Assembly: GCF_964204645.1 (NCBI RefSeq)
Contig: NC_134027.1
Span: 25,816,560 to 25,880,559 of the forward strand
Origin: Tubulanus polymorphus
Taxonomy: Eukaryota; Animalia; Nemertea
Length of the DNA: 64,000 nucleotides
Reading direction: 5' to 3'
Part shown: positions 15,001-26,400 of the stretch, one piece after another
How positions within the stretch are numbered: the stretch's first letter is position 1
Layout of the letters: every line of letters begins with the position of its first letter
Notes under the pieces: generated by a model
Told to the model about the DNA's origin: nothing
Databases searched by the model: none
What the model saw: the letters and a program-made list of their open reading frames with translations, nothing else
Made by a program: the position numbers and the translations under genes

Positions 15001-18000
15001 TATTGTAATAATTGGTGGAAATAAAATATATCATATATTATATTATAACATCCTTTGACCCACTCACCTACATGTTATGACAAAACTATGAGATATAACT
15101 CCTGACTGTGGTCAGTTACTTATAGTATTCTTGAAGAGGAATATTAGGATATAGTCGAAACATTTAATAAGCTTCGGCTCAAGGAAACATTTCGGACTTT
15201 GTTTTTTCCATTCTTAGCGAGGAATTCTCGATAACGATAACGACACTTACTGCATCCGAGCGCAACGATGTCCAACTTCGTTTTGAATTCATTGCTCGAT
15301 ATTTGCATGATTTCTAAACATTGAACGGCGCTGATTCGATGGAAGTAAACGAACGCATCTGATTTTCCATTTACGAGGAAAAAGGTCTGAAATTCAGAAT
15401 GAAGTCACATAATGGGCCTTAGTAGTGGCCGGTTTATGGTCTCGCGTTTTGAGACCGATGGCTATAGAACAAAACTGGTAAAAATTCTTATATTGCATGG
15501 GAATGGCCCTGGATCCACCAGTTGCACAGTAGTGTTTTAAGTCCAAAAAGTGATCTTAAATCTTAAGACTATTCATGGGATATAAAGTTAACTTATTAGG
15601 TTGTTTGATAGGCTTAAAGCTGGTCCAAGACTGGTCTTGAATTTAAGCCACGATTGCGCAACTGTGGGTCCGTTACATTACCTCATTGATGTTCAGATTA
15701 TCTGTTGTATTCTGGCATCTATTTGACACAATGAACTTCGTTTCGGCGTTTATCGGTAAATTTGACGTTGTTTTGACGTGAATTCCGATCACTTTGTAAA
15801 AACTGTCAAGTCGAATCATTCCTGTTTTCTGATTTGAGAAATCTATAGATATTTGCGATAGTTCCTTGCAGCAGTCCCCTTTGTAAATAAACAAATTATA
15901 CAGTTAAGGGAAAGCAACAGTTGAATTCGTATATTACAGATTAAATCTTGTTTACCAGTGATCCGTTGTATTGTGGTTGAATTGGGACAACAATTTTCTG
16001 ACATCGAAAAATCGTCGATTGAGAAGCCATTATTCGCCGTTATTCCTGTAATTCGCATCTGAAATATTGTTTTGTTAATTTGATAAATATTCAATATTAG
16101 ATCCCGCAATAGAAAAGAAGTATTTTAACATTTCGATTGTTCGTGCAAAAAGTGGTCATACCTCGAGCCACGTGATGCCAGTTAGAGTTGAGAGATGAAT
16201 GGATTTTTTCCTCCAAATCTTAGATGCCGCGGGCTCATCTTTATAAAGTAGAGATTCGTTACTATCACGGATCTGGAGAGTAATACCGCCCGATGGTGAC
16301 ACGTACCAAAACTTCAAACAGATTTCGCTGCTGTTGGTCATCATAATTCTCATATTGCCGGATTGCGTGGCATTCAATGATTTTGCAGTAAGATACAGGC
16401 CTAAATTGAAAACATTTTGGTGAGAAAAGTGGAAAGAAAAAGGCGTTCGAAATTCTCGACAAAAGTGTGCAATATCAAACCATTCTTGTAACACTTACTG
16501 AATTAAAGCGGAACAAAAAGGAATTCATCATTCTATTTTTATGGAACCTGATCTATCTACGCATTTAATTTGTTTTAATGATGACTTATAAGCTCGTTAA
16601 GGGCTGGGTTAATTCGTGCACTTTTCTATGTCTATGTATAAGACGACATCGTAACTACATGTCTTAATAACAAACTAATATACGATACGTTAGAACCACA
16701 GAAAATGCACGTTACTATTACGAATATCATTCCGATTAATGTAGTCAACGTTATGCAAGTTAAAATGATCGATGAACATTCAATAATCTTTCCGCGCGAA
16801 TGAACTGATGTTGATAACAACCGTAATTTCATGGCGAAGCTGTGCGCAAACTTACCTCTATAACCAAACACCTCCAACTCGCACAGAGGCAAAATACCTC
16901 TTGGTTTTTTCAACTTGGGGTCGCCTTTAACGTAGATGGCTACTTTTTCAGCCAGCATCCAGCGTCCGCAGTCGACGTGTAAAGTACCGACAGCTTGCTC
17001 GATATATTCACAAACGTCGAAGTCTTTTAGTAGATCTGCATTGTTTGAGGTGATTTCAGAGTTGTTCGAACCGATCAGCACGTAAAACCATCCTAGTGCC
17101 ATATCTGTAAAACATGAAACGAAACAAATAAAGTATTGACAAGATAAAACAGATCATTTGATGATTAACCATTTACCAACATATCGAAATAGTCTCAGTC
17201 GCACTGTATTTGGTATACGTGAAAAACCATAACAAATCTATGTAACTTCAATCTTATCAAAGAAGTAATCCATTTGAAATGGTCAGTTTAACAGTTTTAT
17301 TAACAGTTATTAATCGTTGATATTAGGGGTTTTCTATATACACGTACATACTACCAACATACAATCTATATTTCAATTCATGATTATGCGGAAACCTTAC
17401 CTATCGGAACCTTACCTTTTGGAACAGTGATCTCAATATGTCTTATTCTATATTTCGAGCCCAAATTAACGATGAACCACGGATTAGCGATACCCTTATC
17501 GGACAGGTAACATGTACTGTCGTGCATATCTCGAAAGCTCAACCCGTCTACAGCGATATTCGAGGTTAAATCCGAGCTTTGACTCGATGTCATCATCACG
17601 GCTAACGTTTCTTTATCCTTCGCCACATTGTGAGCTACGAAAATAGATCTTCAGATAGTTGGAAATCCATAATTTGGCAAAAAAGTATAAAAAGTCTCAC
17701 GGGTAAATGAATTTCTTGTCGTAAATGTTTTCGGGAGCTAAATTTTCCCCCTCATGTAATAGTCGAGGTGATTAAATTTATATAAGATATGACTTAAGCT
17801 AATCAGAAACTATATTGAATTACCGAGTGACAGAAATAATCAGACTTTAAAGTAGTTACTCATTTTTATCGACACTCAGTAATTTGGATACTGGTTGCCC
17901 TGCTGTTATTTTACATAAGTTTATATATGTATGTGTAAAACAAATTAATTATCTATTGTGAATCTGGTATTTATTGATGTAAATTATTCAGGAAATAAGT

Positions 18001-21000
18001 AAATAGATGAATAAATTGATAAATGAATGAATAATGTCTAATTACCTTCTTTGCCTACTCGTAAGCAAAATTAATCCCTCTTTTGAGGGACCTGTTTTAT
18101 ATAAACCATTTCTTAGTTTCTACAGACCCCTCTAATTCACCGTCTAATTTACTGTATTCTGTATTCTGCTTTTGTACACTATGCTGTAGATTATATTTGG
18201 AAAAATTAAAGAAAACTTTGATTAAGTATCGTACCTTGGGACTCTTTTAGGCTGTGGTCCGTAGACGGCCAACCGCCAGGACCGACACCGGAATAGATTT
18301 CAAACCCTTCGTACGTCAACCACGAACAGTCATTTTCGAAACTACATTCTACAATACAATAAAACAACTACGTGTGGATCATTAAGACCTAGTGCGAATA
18401 AAAAGAATATCAAGTTAAGGTTTTGAAGAATAGAAAGTAATGGATTTCTTATCTCCATATTACGGAGCCCTTTGACTTACCGAACTCGTCCTGGCCAGAA
18501 AACCCGAATATCTCCTAAAAAAAAATTAAAAAAAATAAGGAAATACTTTCTTGATTTAAGTAGAATCCTTTAATATCACTTCAATTCGTTTGAGAAATTT
18601 ATTTTGATTTATGTTACACGTTGAAAAAATGTAAAAGACAATAAATTAAGCCGCGATGACACGAGCGTTTTTAGCCCGGGGCCTAATTAGGTTAAAGCAT
18701 CACACCAGACCGTTGCCAAATTTTAGCATCGGTCAGATCAAATTTTGTGTGAATGCTTAACTGGTTCTGGATGTGACTCACCTCACTTGCCGCAGTATCA
18801 TTTTGATAAAATGTTATCAATAAGTGAGTGATAAACGTGCGAACGCGCTCTCCGATTAAGCACGGGCCAAATTTGCCTCGAGTCTGGTCCGGGCCAGTTG
18901 ACCCGAGCCAAATCGTCCCCTGCGGCGATCGTGGCTACGATTAAGCATTAACAAACGCAGTATTGCTATAAGAGTTTTATTTATCGATGTAACACGTAAC
19001 AAGAGGTTGAAAGCAGACCTACAATCAATGGCTAATAAATACTAAAAGCTTGACGTATCAATCAATAAATGAAATAATTGGGTTATTTTTTTCGGACATT
19101 GAAAATAGTTGAAGTAGACCGGCTTCGTTTCAAACGTCACTCATTAACGTTTTCTCTTTATTCCGAATTCGCGGTGAAATTTGATTAATGCGTCGATTTT
19201 GCGGCGCTCGATTTCCCGTTATCACGCGCGAGCGCGGGTTACTTTCCGTCTGAGTCTGACGTGTATCGATAAGTGACATGAACAGTTTTTACGGAGAAAC
19301 GTTCTTATAATAAAGCGGGGCCGCCGCAGAGTAAGGGGGAGGTTACGAAGAACCACCCGAAATCCGACAAAGGTCTACTTTTGAAAAAAGAATTTTTAGA
19401 AATTGTCCTATGTATTCCCGGTCCTATAGGCCTGTGGTCGTATTGACTGGCATTGAATTCCATAGTGAGACTAGAATTACGAGTGTATTAGCCACCAAAA
19501 CGCGATGTCTTTCACTCCCTGCGAGTTTTTTTTAATACCCACAACCCACAGAGCGCGGGGAGAGAGACCAGAGAAGAACGTTCGACCAAGAAACTCTGTT
19601 GCCACCAGGGTTTGAACCCGTAAACCCTGGATTGACGAGACCAGAGACCGGCGAGTAGTTTCAAGAAGTTCCGTTAAGACCTCACTTCAATGAACCGCCC
19701 ATAAAACCAGTCACGCTATGGCCTTTAAAAACACATGTCCCTCGATGAAACAAAATACAAAATGAAATGATAGATGATATAATTATTTGTGAAAAAATCA
19801 CACATTGCAAATAGAATAGAAACATAATAGATAAGTTTATATGGATAGAATGTCTACGATGATAACACGACCAACATTAATATCAAACAAGACATATTTA
19901 TTCACTATAGACGCTTCATGATAACTCTTGCACACGAAACAAATATGCATTTTCTTAGGTTTGCGTGTATTGCAGATAGTTATAATATCAAAGTGTTTAT
20001 TTCGCACAAAAAAATACAGATATATCGAGAGAAAAAATGCAGTTTTATTATGGCAGATAAGTGTTTTGTGAGGTCACGTGATACGTATCAGTTGTCGGTT
20101 ACTTTTCGCCGCCGGTCCTTCCGACAACGTGGATAAGCATTCTCTCGCGATTTAGCAAAGAAGCCACTATATGGCAACATGATACCGACTTCATTTCTTT
20201 ATCCGATCCTTATTTCTACACTTTTTTATGTAAACATTTGTATAAATCACGTATCGTACTTAGTTGATGATATCATAGGATATCTGGCGATTTTTTGACC
20301 GAACCTTTCGCAAAATATGTTTTATTTACCGAAAACCACTTTAGTTTCATCTGTTGTTTATTCAAGTATTGTGTTATATTGTATTGTAATGTATTGTATT
20401 GTATTGTATTGTATTGTGTTGTGTTGTGTTGTTGTGTTGTGTTGTGTTGTGTTGTGTTGTGTTGTGTTGTGTTGTGTTGTGTTGTGTTGTGTTGTGTTGT
20501 GTTGTGTTGTGTTGTGTTGTGTTGTGTTGTGTTGTGTTGTGTTGTGTTGTGTTGTGTTGTGTTGTGTTGTGTTGTATTGTGTTGTATTGTTTATTTAACT
20601 TCGATGTTTACACAACGATGGACGTAATATTGACAGAGATGATAATTAATCAATAGTAGGTATACGAATATTATCATTAAGTATTTTATGGCGTTATGTC
20701 ACAAGGAGGAATTTCCTGAGTTTGAATATTTTATTGAGATATAAGCCCAGCGAATTTATAAGGTTAGATGATTTGCTGGAGATGATATCAATGAAATTTA
20801 TTCTAGTAGGAGCTTGATAATAACTCTTTGGGAGTAGGTCCCTTCTTATGTCGTTGTAAATTGGACACAGAAGTGACGTGAATTTGACAAATTTTACAAA
20901 TGCGTTGTTCCTTAAGGGTTAAAAGAGTTAACAAACGACAGGTTTCTATCGTAAATTAACTTTAATTTATCAATCAACTACATGTCTTTTTTATTTATTT

Positions 21001-21389
21001 TGCTTCAAACAAAGTTCGTCGTCGTTTTCCATTACTCACGGAGCGGGATATCATATAAGAAAATACGTAGATATAAACAATCCATATATCGATAAAACTA
21101 AAGTTACGTTAATTTAATAGACGAACTAACGTTAAGTAATTTGGTTGAATTAGAAAAAAGAATTCACAGAGGAAGTCTCAAATCTCTTGGTTATTTTATA
21201 TTGAAATAGTCACTGCCGCAAGAGCGTTTCCGGTGTGCCTGCATCCAGAACCAACCGTTAAACATTGAATTATGAACACTAAAAAACGATAAAGTCCATG
21301 ATCGAAAAGGACGAAACGAATGAAAAATTGTTTGAAAATATCATTACCTTCAGGATAATCAAAAACAACAGAACTTCAATTAATTTCAT
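1..21389 (-). CDS. Multi-exon mosaic extracellular protein (signal peptide, MAM, F-type lectin/FTP, F5/8C, C-type lectin, PAN, kringle, CUB); 3' end beyond the window
   Basis: Spliced exons read by eye. Signal peptide MKLIEVLLFLIILK 21389-21348 plus 18514-18481. MAM 18348-18235, 16400-16162, ~16058-15956. FTP 17634-17416, 17104-16856. Degenerate F5/8C ~15876-15250. CTL ~13882-13660 and ~13075-12728. F5/8C ~12499-11396. CTL ~10834-9955. FTP half 9641-9393. PAN 9093-8830. Kringle 7729-7439. F5/8C 7004-6823, 6747-6605, 6522-6384. PAN 6053-5808. FTP half 5471-5247. FTP ~4080-3880, 3594-~3370. F5/8C ~2908-1498. CUBs ~1418-716 and ~501-70 (SPNYP motifs). Most module boundaries are phase 1. Confidence 0.8.
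70..501 (-). CDS. CUB-domain exon of the mosaic gene
   Basis: CGYLLSPNYPYAYPARSECRWTI...CIGDSLEIYD...YC...FRSD...GKGFKIKY is a canonical CUB pattern. Confidence 0.9.
1024..1220. mobile_element. Hammerhead repeat family A, degenerate head-to-head pair
   Basis: Minus arm (gatgaaacactctg...tttccttgg...gactat) fused to plus arm (aagatgactattacatttagtcagaaatg...agctaaaaagaaac). Confidence 0.55.
2292..2429. mobile_element. PIF/Harbinger-like MITE (TIR gggccRgttgcacagtc, CWG flanks)
   Basis: TIRs; internal ttaagaccagtc repeats; related copies at 10936-11073, 11152-11287, ~15512-15671, ~26227-26359, and a sister type at ~32770-33118 and ~45571-45675. Confidence 0.7.
4183..4529. mobile_element. B-box-containing TIR repeat, long form with nested internal inverted segment
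   Basis: tagtctagaccatcctcg...gtgaagatggtctagacta; short forms at 7224-7330 (minus) and 58207-58309 (plus). Confidence 0.7.
4703..5185. repeat. 58-bp AT-rich minisatellite, ~8.3 copies
   Basis: tggagac recurs at 4731, 4789, 4847 and onward at 58-bp spacing. Confidence 0.95.
5545..5697. mobile_element. Hammerhead repeat family A, head-to-head pair
   Basis: ccttgagctaata...gacgtttcga...atagtcat (minus), then attcctgaatgtgacta...ttagctcaatga (plus). Confidence 0.6.
7224..7330 (-). mobile_element. B-box TIR repeat, short form
   Basis: Reverse complement of the 58207-58309 copy. Confidence 0.7.
7439..7729 (-). CDS. Kringle-like exon of the mosaic gene
   Basis: C...GGMYRG...CDYW...NRCR...PYCV...C...IPYC; phase-1 AG/GT boundaries. 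Confidence 0.75.
8522..8681. mobile_element. MITE with TIR agcccaacgcWcacgaYgcag; related copy at ~35200-35366
   Basis: Terminal inverted repeats and internal gaaaca/tgtttc repeats shared by both copies. Confidence 0.6.
10936..11073. mobile_element. PIF/Harbinger-like MITE with CTG target-site duplication
   Basis: ctg|gggccagttgcacag...tgcaaccggccc|ctg; reverse copy of 2292-2429. Confidence 0.75.
11152..11287. mobile_element. PIF/Harbinger-like MITE nested in a fold-back element
   Basis: CTG duplicated at both ends; removing the MITE restores ttcctgac, the inverted partner of gtcaggaa at ~11328. Confidence 0.65.
12728..13882 (-). CDS. C-type lectin domain (two exons) of the mosaic gene
   Basis: CYS...TWMSAREICRNFGAEL, then IWLAATDTGTEGTW...W..GYP...NCA...DRPC...FICK; the intron holds a 19-bp minisatellite. 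Confidence 0.85.
13164..13655. repeat. 19-bp minisatellite (ggtctctcggtgtcctcat)n, ~26 copies
   Basis: Direct tandem repeat in an intron; explains the spurious SRCPHGLSV ORFs. Confidence 0.95.
13951..14292. mobile_element. Hammerhead repeat family A: one minus copy and two tandem plus copies
   Basis: Best core 14233-14270: CTGAAGA T GACTA ttaggatt TAGTC GAAACGTT GAAT. Confidence 0.75.
15124..15210 (+). mobile_element. Hammerhead repeat family A, degenerate copy
   Basis: agtattcttgaaga...ggatatagtcgaaacattt...gctcaaggaaacatttcggact. Confidence 0.6.
18648..18945. mobile_element. Dispersed repeat; inverted copy at ~25365-25635
   Basis: cacctcacttgc...gcgctctc..attaagca..gggccaaattt...ccagtt matches the reverse complement of 25370-25515. 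Confidence 0.55.
20367..20590. repeat. (GTATT)n(GTGTT)n pentanucleotide microsatellite
   Basis: Direct inspection; explains the VLCCV ORFs. Confidence 0.95.
20591..20915 (-). mobile_element. 3' fragment of a non-LTR retrotransposon (C-terminal CCHC region)
   Basis: Minus strand EQRICKIC..H, frameshift, LLCPIYNDIRRDLLPKSYY...LGLYLNKIFKLR; then aataaac and the pentamer tail. Confidence 0.65.
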
Positions 21390-23489
21390 GTTCTGAAAAT
21401 TTAAACATAATATAACAACATCAAGTGTTTCTTGAAATTCTCAAGAAGGTGTTCTGATGATTTCCGAGCGGCATAGTCATAAATACGTAATACAGCTACA
21501 TAAAATGTCCAACTTACCTCGGAACTGAATGTATTAACATCGGCATCAAGTTCACGGAGAATCAACTCCGAAACTAATGACTGGTTTAACCGTTATCATA
21601 CGGATATATATACACTTCACCGTTTGATTTAATTGCGGTAATGAATCCTCGATTGCCATTGCCTCTTCTAATTTCTTTTCACCGTCGCGTCCGATAATCG
21701 ATAAAATTCACACAAGAGAAACGGTTTTATATTCAAAGTTCAAGCGTCGATTGATGGTTATTAGATTTAGAACCAGCCGTTAACGAGCAAATTTTCTTCA
21801 GGTCACTGGCTTTCAACTCATTATTTACTTCATTTTTTAAAATGGTTATACAATGAAAAAGTTTCTAATGACTTCTGTTTGAACGATTTTTTTTAATGCG
21901 TAGGTAAGTAAGTGCACCCGATCGGATCGTTACGTTGTCCGTATATATCTGTTCATTAATTTTGGATTGTTTCTTATCCGCTTATAATGAGTTTCGTATG
22001 TATGGCTTCAAAAAGGTCGCATGTATACTCATAAAATCAATACCGTAGGAATCGTTCGTTTTGAATGAGAGCGTACTCGCGGATCGAAAGTTTAAATACA
22101 GTAGTATCAGTTACAGACAACTCAAACATCCTCTTTTGCACAAAGGGAACTCTAAACTACAAGATGCAAGCCGACTAAGTGCTGTCTAAAGTCGGTCCTG
22201 CCTCGTACCGCGAGATACTCGTCGTTAACGGGTCTTAATCACCATGCTGCCCTCGCTACACTGTAACGTGCAGCGGATTTTTTCAAACATAAATCAACTC
22301 TGGTTACGCCTTCACACGCACTAATGCGCTATGTCTGATATAAATGAGACTATTCTAAGAACGATAGCGCGATTGAATTAGTGATCAGCGTTACCACTGC
22401 CGGTTGATTGCCAGGTTCGCCTCGTGTTAGTGTAAGACAAATCCGCTAACGTTGATCATAGCGGCAGCACCTGACGGTGTAGTAACGTGTTTCCTTAAAA
22501 GATTAAAACTCGAGGTTGAATGACTTTATTGAGGATAATTAACCGCTAAATGTCTGATATTGAAGAGTTATGGATATAAGACGTAATCAAGCAGGGTTAG
22601 AGATAAGCGTGGACGTTATCCTGTAACGACAATACTAGAAACAAAACAGAAATTTGGTAATAAAAGTAACAAACTTTATTACAGTTAAATTTATCACATC
22701 GAATTATTCAGTATTTTCTCATGAAAAATCTTGATTCTGAAAGCGTTAAATTTGTTGAACGAATGATACGGTATCAATCGATAGTATGAATATCGTTTGA
22801 TACCGTATCTGATACTCTGTATATCTGAATTTTATGCACGCGTTACCGGTCGGCGATGCTAAAAGATTTGTGGATTTGTAGTTTACTCCTCATTTACATT
22901 TACAACAAATCAAAATAACAGTTTATATTTAAACATTTGATTCTGATGAATATAAGTATGATTAAATACATCCATATCACATATAGTAATAATAATAATG
23001 ATCATTATATAGATTCGGTGGTAATTTATGTACAAATACTAACATCGTCTTTCTATTGATACATACACGGATATTGGTGAATCTCTGAGTGCCAGCTATT
23101 TAATCACTATAACACGGACTCGACAGGTTACGAGAAATGTTTATGATTCTCACATTACAAGATCGTATTCACGCAATTAGAATTACCATAAGTACCTTTT
23201 CAAAAATGTTATTTCTAGTTTCTAGCACGATAACACAGGTATAACCGTTGTCAACACACATATGGCCAAGAAAATAATATTTTCATCTGGACTTTAATCC
23301 GGTGTTCTTGGTGCAGATCTTAATTAGAGTTTCAATTTAATCTATACCAATGATCTTAATTACAGAAATTAGATTTCTATTTGAAAATTTCCACCAAGAA
23401 CACTGCGGTCTCGCACCGCATACACGACGCACTGGGTCCATGTACATTTCCCGATATTCAATAGCAAAATTACGCACCATTTAAAACAT

Positions 23490-26400
23490 TCAGTAATTCA
23501 AAAAGTTAGTCTTCATTTCCGTCATATCTTCGTCTTTATTGGCTTCACTGTCTTCAGGCTCCTTATGAAAAATACAATACGTCTAAGTTAATGATAAAAC
23601 AATGAAAATAAGTATTCAGGAGACAGTTACACATCAGTTCCAGGCTTATGTATTTTCATTTCGAGGATCAGAATTTTGGAAATGAACTGATTTCATCTGA
23701 TAAGTCAAGTATTGTGCAACAACTTTAGAATCAGGTCCAGGGCCAAGTTCCACGTGCGACTTTGAGTTAACTATGAGAAGTCCTGTTTCAATGTTTAAAC
23801 TCTGAGTCCAATCTAAACTTAGAACCGTGAAACAGAGCAATTGACTTGGCTAAATGTGTTTTGAGATAAAGTCTTGAATATTCCAGGTTGGTTTCGAATA
23901 CATTTTCAGAATTGGCTGACGATTTCTGTTCGCAACAATGAACAATACCTGATCACATAATCCATCACTACCATCTCCAGATCCGGCGGAAGTGCAACCG
24001 GAACCAGTTTCCGGTTTGTTCGTCGGTCCATTTCCGGATCCAGCGGCCGCAGCGCCGCCTACCGGAACGACTCGTACTCCCGCTGATGGTCGAGTTGGCG
24101 TGGCGGTTGTCGGTTGGATTTGTCCAGTAGTTGTTTCGTCGATGACGATCTTATCATCTTCGGTGTCAGATCTCAATACGAATTCCAGATCTTTCATCTC
24201 CTCGGTGTTTATATTGTCGTCGAACGTAGTGTGATTACACGGCTTTATTTCACAATTCCTCGTCTCGAATCTTACACCTTGAATATAGAAGAAATAGTTC
24301 ATAAACCTAGGTGCAATTATTTTGCGAAATAAAATTCATTCATTCATAAGCTCCTTTTCAAATCACTCGACTTTCAAATGCTTTTAAGAGATATTTCTTG
24401 GTTGTTAGATTCTGGGTTCAACGCTCTCTAGTCTTCATTTGTTTTAAAGGATAGCACTTTTGTTTTAGATAACTTAAGCTAAAAAAAATTGATACCTTGT
24501 ATCTCCGCTCTGCTGAGCTTAAAAGTTGACCCGGCCGGCCGCCAATCTACCCTATACATTACTTTTTTTTAAATCGTGATCAATTTTACCATAACAGACC
24601 CGGCCGCTGTAGAAATGAACTGTTAACAAATTCTATCATATTTTACAAAAATGACCCTGCCGCAGCGGAGAAACAAGTATCATTTTTGTTTAGCCGTATA
24701 GCTCTACTTAGCTTTGCCTAATTTTGTTTATTTCGAAGTTGTTCTTATAAGGTTGCAACAACCCCAGTTGACGTCATTTCTGATTACTAAATTTGTCCCT
24801 TTGTTCTTGATAATATGTACATGTACAAATCTCATATTTTTGTAAACTCAGAATTCCTGAAGGTACGGTCAAAGGTTATAGTCGAAACGTTGAATCGAAT
24901 AAACTTATCATTCCGGACTTTATTTTTCATCATTATTGTAAGATTATGTTTATCATCATCACAACACGGGCAGGATTTTCATTAATGATCGTAAGTCCCT
25001 TTTCGAGTGCGCTCTTCTAGGAGAGGAATTATCTACTTTATTTTTCGATTGCCGCACTTAGAAGATTCTTCCGTCTCCGTGACGGCAGATATCTGCGACC
25101 AAGAATATTTCGTCTTCCGGAATGAGCGCATTGAAAATGGCCTATCACACTTACTCGTTGATTGTCCCTGAAGAGGACGTAAATATCGTGAATGCGAATC
25201 ACGTTGTAAAGTAACGTTGTAAGAGTTAATCTCTTAAGAGCGATTTGAGTTCAATAGTTTCATAGATCACTCTCTGAGACAGACGACCGTGATGATTGGT
25301 TTTCGAGGAGAGGCTTTAGCGATTGAAATCAACCCTTTGACTCGTTACATTACGATGACATTATTGCCAAGATCCCGCGGAGATGATTTGTGTCAAACTG
25401 GCCCGGTTCAAATTTGGCCCCTGCTTAATTTGAGAGCGCGTTCTACCGTATTCATTCACTCGTTACTAAAATGATGCTGTAGCAAGTGAGGTGAATCACT
25501 TCCAGAACCAGTATAAGACGCTGTAAATCGACCGGTGCTAATGAGCGCGGACCACATTTGGCACCAGGGCCAAATTCGGTTTTCGTATCTAGTCGACTAG
25601 TGGTCGGAACCAATAACCGAATGCGCTTAATTTGCGAACTATCTCCAGAATATAGTTCCGACTAACTGACAATCGGTTTCACTTTGTTCGAATATAGTCG
25701 ACTGGTTCAGATAACCGAAGTTCGCCCGGTGTGAGCGAATGGTCCGGGTTAAAAACGCCCGTGTGCTCTCGCGGCTTATATACATTCTTACCGCTGCAGT
25801 CGCTACCGCCGTTTTTCGGAGCCGGACAATCACAATGTCTGATCCTCTTCTGGAAACTGATGTCATCGATATCTCCGCAGTCTAACGAACAGACGCCCCA
25901 CTCTGACCAATCACACCATCCTCCATTTACTTCAATGAAATTTAAATCCATTTAGTGTTTTCTAAATATCAGTTACGTTAATACATTTCCTTACAAGAGG
26001 TGCGGGTCCAGAGTGCCTCGCATGTCTCCCGTGAGGCACTCAAAAATTTGAAATGCTGTTCTTGAAGAAAGGTAGACACAAGTCAAAAAAACTTTGGGAA
26101 CGTTTGAATTGCTTTTTTATGAGGCAACATTCCTCGAGTAAATTTCTAAGTACACTAATTCCGGTGAGTTTTGGAGTTTGAGGTGGAGGGTGTGTGCCCT
26201 TGTCCCCAAAACAATTATCTAACTTGGGACCAGTCCACAGTCATCGCTTAGACTTAAGACTAGTGTGAGACCACGTTAGTTCTATAGCCAATCTAACAAC
26301 TTAAGACCAATCGACTTAAACCCACTTTTGAACTTAAGATTCGACTGTGGAACCGGCCCACGGAGTCTTAATCATAGAAATGGTGGAAAATGACTTATAC

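Noticed and set aside
20295-20656. Cys/Val-rich ORFs
   Set aside because: Translation of the (GTGTT)n microsatellite
25679-25791. Apparent insertion in TSR6 like properdin's extended loop
   Set aside because: A strong phase-1 donor (G|GTAAGA at 25792) joins directly to the 24277 exon, so this stretch is probably intron
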